A stretch of DNA of 64,000 bases, from assembly GCA_963820825.1 (NCBI GenBank), contig CAWGBN010000008.1:448001-512000 (forward strand), read 5' to 3'. Positions 58,543 to 64,000 of the stretch are shown here, one piece after another. The notes under the pieces were generated by a model. It saw only the letters and a list, made by a program, of their open reading frames with translations. It was not told where the DNA came from and ran no database searches. This stretch comes from Vulcanimicrobiota bacterium (GTDB lineage Bacteria > Vulcanimicrobiota > Vulcanimicrobiia > Vulcanimicrobiales > Vulcanimicrobiaceae). The translations under genes and the position numbers were made by a program. The stretch's first letter is position 1. Each line of letters starts with the position of its first letter.

Positions 58543-59173
58543 ACGAAGCGATCTCGTTCGCGTCGCGCAGGGACGTCCACCAGCGCGTTCCGTCGTACGC
58601 GAGCGAGCGCGCTTCCTCAGGCAACGGCCGGATGCTCTCGAACTGCGGCTCGCGGCTGCCGATGTCGAACCTGCCGAAGACTAGATTTTCGAACTCTTCG
58701 TCGGCCGAGGTCATGTAGAAGCCGTCCGGACCGAAACCGAATCCGGCACAGCGCGTGGGTAATGCGATCTCGCGCTCGATCGTTCCCTCGGCGTTGAGCT
58801 CGAGAATTCGGCGGAAGCCCATCTGACCGAGATAGATCGTCGTGCCTTTCGCCGCAATATAGGATCCGGTGAGGTCGGGACACGGCGTTTTGCTCGATAG
58901 ATCGAATCCGCGATCGGGCAACAGGCGGTAGAGATAGCGATCCTCTTCTTCGCCGTGCGCGATGACCGCGCGCAGCTCGTCACCGTAAACGGTAGTTCCA
59001 TACGGTCTTCCGGGCGCTTCGATCTCGTTGCGCACGCTCTGCGTCTGCGGATCGATCGTATAGATGCGGTCGGTATCCCACGAGCCCATCCAGAGCAGCC
59101 CGTCGCGATACGCGAGCGGATGGGGGCGCGTCGCCGGCGATGGGAATCGATTGAGTTCTTGCGTTGTCTGCAT
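58532..59173 (-). CDS. Cytoplasmic beta-propeller protein of unknown function
   Basis: Repeats LAYRDG.LW, LAYDGTRWW. Confidence 0.65.
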   Translation of the reverse strand: MQTTQELNRFPSPATRPHPLAYRDGLLWMGSWDTDRIYTIDPQTQSVRNEIEAPGRPYGTTVYGDELRAVIAHGEEEDRYLYRLLPDRGFDLSSKTPCPDLTGSYIAAKGTTIYLGQMGFRRILELNAEGTIEREIALPTRCAGFGFGPDGFYMTSADEEFENLVFGRFDIGSREPQFESIRPLPEEARSLAYDGTRWWTSLRDANEIASFTV

Positions 59174-59259
59174 GCCCGCAGAAAGGCGCCCGCACCAGCG
59201 AAGGTTGCAGCGCCGGCGCAAGCCGGGAATCCAAGGAAGCGGCCAGAAGAAAACCGCTC

Positions 59260-59919
59260 ATGAACGTTTCGGCAAACCGCCCCGCAGTCGCCGTTTGGAT
59301 CGCCGGAGCCGCGATCGTCCTGAGCGCGCTCGGCGCCTCGCCGGCGCCGTCGCAGATCGCCTCCCTTTCGCTGCTCGCGCGCGCGACGAATCCGAATCCG
59401 ACGCTGAACTCCTACACCGCGACCGCACAGCTCTCGGCGTTGCTCCACGCCGTCATTCCGATTCACAAAACCTTAAATGGTACCGTCTACTATCTGCGGC
59501 CAACGCGCAAGATCGAGTTCCAAAACGTTCCGGGTGAGCTGAGCCGGTTCAAAGACCTCGCTTCGTCGACGCCAACCTACGAACAGGCGATGCAGCAGTA
59601 CAACATCACGCCGCTGACCGACAACGGCACGGTATCGACCTACACGCTGGTTCCGAAGAATACCGGCAGCCGCGTGAAAAGCATCACCGTCACGATCGAC
59701 GACCGATCCACGCTGCTGAGCAAGGCCCAGTGGAACTATACCAACGGCGGCACGCTGAACTTCGGTCAAACGTACGCGAACGTCGGCACGTATCGTCTTC
59801 CCTCGAAGGCCACGATCGCGGCGCGATTCCCCGGCTATAGCGTCGACGGCACGCTCACGTTTTCGAACTATCAGCCCAACGCAACCGTTTCGCCGTCGGT
59901 CTTCGCCTCGCCGCATTAG
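59260..59919 (+). CDS. Secreted LolA-fold-like protein
   Basis: Signal peptide; Y.LVPK, Y.LP, F.NY..N. Confidence 0.6.
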   Translation: MNVSANRPAVAVWIAGAAIVLSALGASPAPSQIASLSLLARATNPNPTLNSYTATAQLSALLHAVIPIHKTLNGTVYYLRPTRKIEFQNVPGELSRFKDLASSTPTYEQAMQQYNITPLTDNGTVSTYTLVPKNTGSRVKSITVTIDDRSTLLSKAQWNYTNGGTLNFGQTYANVGTYRLPSKATIAARFPGYSVDGTLTFSNYQPNATVSPSVFASPH

Positions 59920-59928
59920 CGCGGCGTC

Positions 59929-62196
59929 TTACCGGGCGGGTCGAAGCGTCAACACGGCGGCCGCATTTGCGTCGACGGCCGCGCGGCTGAACGGCAGCGG
60001 CTGCAGCGTGCCGGCGACCCACGCGCCGGTTAAATCGGTGTAGTGTCCCGAGCCCGGCTCGCCCGACTCGCCGCTGGGAATCGCAATTCCGCCACGGTCC
60101 CAAGCGCCCGCGTCCCAGACGGCCCGGAAGCCCTGCGCGACGCCCGGCTCCTGCAGATGGATCGTATACTCATCGCCCGCACCGGGTAACCACGCACCGT
60201 CGAGAAACCCGAAATGCATCGGCGCGAGCAGATGCTCGATGCGCGTCGCACCCGCCTCACGCCACGTGCCGCTCGCGTCGCCGGTCAGCGACGAGAGCGT
60301 CGCACCGATATCGTCGAGGAGTTCGTGCGGCGCACCGCGCTCGTCGCGCAGTTCGTTTAGGCGCTCCCCGAGCGGAGCGCCATCTTGGAAGAGGGCGAGT
60401 CGCAGTGAATGCTCGACGACGGCACCGCGCGAGGCCGGCCGGTAGCGGCCATCCCAGCGGCGCAACAGGTCGAGCGTGCTCGACCAGTCGCTCGGCGTCG
60501 CATCCATGCGCGCGAGTCGCGCGACGTCGCGCGCGATCTCCAAGTCGATCGGTGAGAGCGTATCGAGCTGCATCCGCGCAAAATAGGGCGCATCGTACTG
60601 CAGGCGCAGGCGAAGCAAGGCCGCGATTCGATAGGCGCGATAGGGCGGCTCGAACTGCGCCGAGAGCCGATAGGGATAGCCGGACCCGTACGTCTTGTTG
60701 TTCGCGGCAACGAGGATCGCATCGCGCGCGGGAGCCTGCCGCGGAAGCCGATCGAACGGAATCGGCGCATAGGCACGGCGCAGTTCGCGCGCCGGATGGA
60801 CGTAGCGCCCCCACGCGGGATCGTCGGGGACGAGTCCGGCGACGTGATACGCGACGCTGCCGCCGCGATCGGCGAGCATGAAGCTCTGCGGCGAGCCGCG
60901 GTATCGCGACAGAACGCGCAGCGCGCCGGCGACGTCAGGCGAACGATCGAGCGCCAGCGCCGTCGCGATCGTCGATTCTCGCTGCGCGTAGACGGGCCAG
61001 CGAACGAGCACGAGTCCCGGCGGGTCGTTCTCGTCGGGAATCGCATACTCGGACGGCGTGCGATAGTACGCCGCCGATACGTCGCGCGAAAAGCGCACGC
61101 CGAAGCGCTCGGTCACCCACCGCCCGCGGTCGAGCCGGCCTGCCTTGAAGAGGCTCGTCGTCGCCATCTGCGCGTTCGCCGACGCCCACGCAACGCGCTC
61201 GTTGTGGCCGAGCACGACACCGGGGATGCCGGGAATCGTCGCGCCGGCGGCGTGGAAGTGCGGCGACTCCATATCGATGAGATACCAAATGCCGGGAATC
61301 GTCAGATCGAGGTGCGGATCGTTGGCCAGCAGCGCGTCGCCGTTGACGCTGCGCCGCGCTCCCGCCGCCCACGCGTTGCTGCCGATCGCGGGGCGATGCG
61401 CGTGCAGCGCGAGCTCCGGCGCATCGCAGGCTTTCGTTCGCACGCGCGCGCGTCGCCCGTCGCGTGCTCCCTCGACGGTAACGTCGTAGCGCGGATCCGA
61501 TAGCGGAAAGAGCTCGTCGAAACAACGCGCTCCACGTTGGTGCCAGATCGCGTCGCGGATAAAGATCTCGTGCCACGAATCGGCGAGCTCGAGCGAGGCG
61601 ACGATCGCGACGGCGAGCGAATCTTTCGGCGTCCACGGCGCGGGCCGGTAGAGCAGCATGCGAAACTCGACCGGCAACGGCTGGGTTGCAGCGGCGGCGT
61701 TCACGCCGTCGCTAAAAGCAACGAGCGCCGCCCGGTCGCGCGGAGCGAGCGCGACGAGCTGCCGCCGGGCGATGCCGTCGATGTCGACGGCTCGCTGCAC
61801 GCGATCGTAGGGAAGGGCCTTGGCGCCGAGCACCTCGGCAAGCCGCCCGTACGCATAGCGCCGGCTCAAATCGAGTTGAAAGAGCCGGTCTGAGCCCTGC
61901 ACGTATCCTTGCGAGAAGAAGAGATCGTGCTCGTTGGCCGCGCGGATGTGCGGAATGTCGCGCCGATCGCGAACGATCGTGACCGGCGCGTACAATCCAG
62001 CCGCTACGACGCTGCCGCGCGCCGCCGCAGCGGCGTGCAGTCCGGCCGCCACGTTCGCAGTGTAGAGGGTTGCCACCGCAACTAGGCAGACGAGCAACCC
62101 GAACGCGTGGCGCTTCAGAGCGCCGGCAACTGCCGCGATCGGAGTCGGATCGGCGCTCTGGGCGAGCCGCGGATCGGGTCGCTCGAAAAAGCCCAC
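59929..62196 (-). CDS. Penicillin acylase family Ntn-hydrolase
   Basis: RD...IPHI.A, DRLFQ, GSNAWA, LANDPHL, GESG.PGSGHY.D. Confidence 0.92.
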   Translation of the reverse strand: MGFFERPDPRLAQSADPTPIAAVAGALKRHAFGLLVCLVAVATLYTANVAAGLHAAAAARGSVVAAGLYAPVTIVRDRRDIPHIRAANEHDLFFSQGYVQGSDRLFQLDLSRRYAYGRLAEVLGAKALPYDRVQRAVDIDGIARRQLVALAPRDRAALVAFSDGVNAAAATQPLPVEFRMLLYRPAPWTPKDSLAVAIVASLELADSWHEIFIRDAIWHQRGARCFDELFPLSDPRYDVTVEGARDGRRARVRTKACDAPELALHAHRPAIGSNAWAAGARRSVNGDALLANDPHLDLTIPGIWYLIDMESPHFHAAGATIPGIPGVVLGHNERVAWASANAQMATTSLFKAGRLDRGRWVTERFGVRFSRDVSAAYYRTPSEYAIPDENDPPGLVLVRWPVYAQRESTIATALALDRSPDVAGALRVLSRYRGSPQSFMLADRGGSVAYHVAGLVPDDPAWGRYVHPARELRRAYAPIPFDRLPRQAPARDAILVAANNKTYGSGYPYRLSAQFEPPYRAYRIAALLRLRLQYDAPYFARMQLDTLSPIDLEIARDVARLARMDATPSDWSSTLDLLRRWDGRYRPASRGAVVEHSLRLALFQDGAPLGERLNELRDERGAPHELLDDIGATLSSLTGDASGTWREAGATRIEHLLAPMHFGFLDGAWLPGAGDEYTIHLQEPGVAQGFRAVWDAGAWDRGGIAIPSGESGEPGSGHYTDLTGAWVAGTLQPLPFSRAAVDANAAAVLTLRPAR

Positions 62197-62243
62197 GTCG
62201 TTAGCGTTATTTCAGCGCACGACGCGGCCGATCCGTGACCTCG

Positions 62244-63248
62244 CTACCGCGTGGCGATACGCCCGATGCCCGAGGTCACCTCAGACGACGTGAACCACAT
62301 CGCGCGCCGCGGGCCGGAAGCGATCTGCAACCCGGCCGCCCCGCTCGGTACACGATAGAAATGGAGTCTGCCCGCGGTGGTGATGCGCCCGATCCCGAAG
62401 TCGCCCGTGAAATCGGTGAACCAGAGCGCGCCGTCAGGTCCCTTCGCGATCCCGGAAGGCTCGCCGTATTTCATCGTCGTCGGAAACTCCGTGTATTTAC
62501 CGGCGGTCGTAAGCCGCCCGATCGCGTTGGCATCCTCTTCGGTAAACCACAGCGCTTTATCCGGCCCCACGCAGATCCACGCCGGGCCCGAACCGACCGT
62601 AAACGTCTTTATCTTGCCTTTCGGAGTTAGACGGAACAACTTGTTGGCGAAATGGCTGCCGCCGGTGATGTTTTGCGTGACCCAGAGGTTTCCGTCGGAT
62701 CCGGTGACGATGCCGAAGAGTCCGGCATTCGCCGCCGCCACGGTAACGTGCGTGACCGTTCCGCTCGTGGTGATTCGGCCGACCGTGCCGTTCGATTCCG
62801 CGAACCATAGCGCGCCGTCGGGGCCGGTCGTGATTCCCTGCGGAAACGATCCGGACGGGTCGGTAAACAACGTCACCGTACCCGCGGTCGTGATGCGTCC
62901 GACGCCGTCGAAGGTCGTGAACCAGAGATTCTTGTCGGGCCCGACGGTAATTCCGGTGGAGACCTCGGTGCCGGCCGGCGCTTCGAGCGTATAGGTTCCC
63001 CCGGCGGTAATGCGGCCGATGACGTCCATGCCCGGGTCGGTAAACCAGAGCGCGCCGTCGGGCCCGGCGGTGATTCCGTCGGGGGTCGGATCGCCGTACG
63101 TGTCCGGAAAGAACTTAACGCTGCCGCGCTTGTCCGGAACGATCCGGCGCGCATCCGCGTACGAGAGGCCGCGCGGCACGGTGCCAACGCCCGGCGCCGC
63201 GCACGCCGCGACGATCAGAAGCAGTATTACGCTAAGGCTGGAGCGCAT
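62244..63248 (-). CDS. Virginiamycin B lyase (Vgb)-like beta-propeller lipoprotein
   Basis: VAAC lipobox; repeated GIT.GPDGALWFT...IGRIT. Confidence 0.85.
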   Translation of the reverse strand: MRSSLSVILLLIVAACAAPGVGTVPRGLSYADARRIVPDKRGSVKFFPDTYGDPTPDGITAGPDGALWFTDPGMDVIGRITAGGTYTLEAPAGTEVSTGITVGPDKNLWFTTFDGVGRITTAGTVTLFTDPSGSFPQGITTGPDGALWFAESNGTVGRITTSGTVTHVTVAAANAGLFGIVTGSDGNLWVTQNITGGSHFANKLFRLTPKGKIKTFTVGSGPAWICVGPDKALWFTEEDANAIGRLTTAGKYTEFPTTMKYGEPSGIAKGPDGALWFTDFTGDFGIGRITTAGRLHFYRVPSGAAGLQIASGPRRAMWFTSSEVTSGIGRIATR

Positions 63249-64000
63249 GCCGAACACCTCGTTTCGTAGAATCGCCGTTCCTCGGAGTTACGCGCCGTGG
63301 CGACCGCGGCCGCAAAGTGTTCGCGCGCGGCCGCGCCGTTCCCGCGGCGCAGTTCGAGCTCGCCGCGCGCCGCGTGGTAGAACGGATACCGTCGAGCCGT
63401 TCGCGATCGCCGATTGCCTCGATCGCCTCGCAGGCCGCGCTGCGGGCCGTCGCAGTTGCGCGACCGCGATCGCGCGATTGAGCGCGACGATCGGCGAGGG
63501 CGCGATCGTGCATCAGCGTGTCGTAGAGCGAGACGATCTGCCGCCCAGTCGGTGGCCTCGAACGAAGGCGCGCGCGCGTGCACCGACGCGATCGCGGCTT
63601 CGACGTGATACCGGCTCACTGCCGTACCGGTTGCCGAACGTTCGAGCCATTCGACGGCCGCGCGATCATCGCGCGGTTCCAGCGCGAGCGATCTTGATCG
63701 AACAGCGAGCTGAGGTTCCCGGACGCGTCGAGGCGCGCCGGCAGGCGCGCCGCGTTGAGATACATCAGCGCGCACAGCGCGAGCGTCGACGGCGTGTCGC
63801 CGAGCGGATGCTCCGCGAGCAAGCGCGTGAGCCGAATCGCTTCGCGACAGAGGTCGCTGCGCACGACGGACTGCGCCGACGCACCGTGATAGCCTTCGCT
63901 GAAGATCAGATAGAGCGCGCGCTGCACGGCGGGCAAGCCGCTGCGCGAAATCGGCGGCGTCGGCAATATCGAAGAGCGCGCCCGATTCCGGCGAGCGTCT
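63227..64000 (-). CDS. ECF42-type sigma factor C-terminal part (DUF6596 + TPR), frameshifted, 5' end outside window
   Basis: LYLIFSEGY, LCREAIRL, QDRSRW, EAAIASVHA.A.SFEATDW, LNRAIA, YHAARGEL. Confidence 0.8.
   Translation of the reverse strand, partial: RRSPESGALFDIADAADFAQRLARRAARALSDLQRRLSRCVGAVRRAQRPLSRSDSAHALARGASARRHAVDARAVRADVSQRGAPAGAPRRVREPQLAVRSRSLALEPRDDRAAVEWLERSATGTAVSRYHVEAAIASVHARAPSFEATDWAADRLALRHADARSRPRRSSRSIARSRSRNCDGPQRGLRGDRGNRRSRTARRYPFYHAARGELELRRGNGAAAREHFAAAVATARNSEERRFYETRCSACAPALA

Noticed and set aside
62244..63248. Streptogramin resistance gene vgb
   Set aside because: Only the propeller repeat is shared; it is a lipoprotein and catalytic residues cannot be confirmed

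Overview
High-GC bacterial chromosomal window with no rRNA, CRISPR or transposase. The many lipoproteins with beta-propeller repeats (e.g. the 'SWISPEAKRAKELLYVAD' N-terminus) suggest Eremiobacterota/Vulcanimicrobiota; this is an inference. From left to right it holds: a TonB-dependent receptor with two translationally coupled lipoproteins and a LuxR-type regulator; a structured ~500-bp intergenic region (7.2-7.7 kb); a poly-HAMP hybrid histidine kinase with a degenerate CheR, divergent from a PP2C/RsbW gene; two tandem type-1 copper lipoproteins; a long run of accessory enzymes and transporters; a complete form I (AYRCSFR) aerobic CO dehydrogenase cluster; and a phosphoesterase, Lrp, ATP-grasp ligase, penicillin-acylase family, Vgb-like gene and a partial ECF42 sigma factor. 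The intergenic region is the most unusual signal. It contains a non-canonical tRNA-like element with alanine identity (G3.U70, A73), a downstream antisense copy of its own 5' half, a GNRA hairpin, and flanking REP-like direct repeats. Blocks at ~9-16.8 kb, ~49.2-54.6 kb and ~63.2-64 kb carry many 1-nt indels that look like sequencing/consensus error, so boundaries there are reconstructed.
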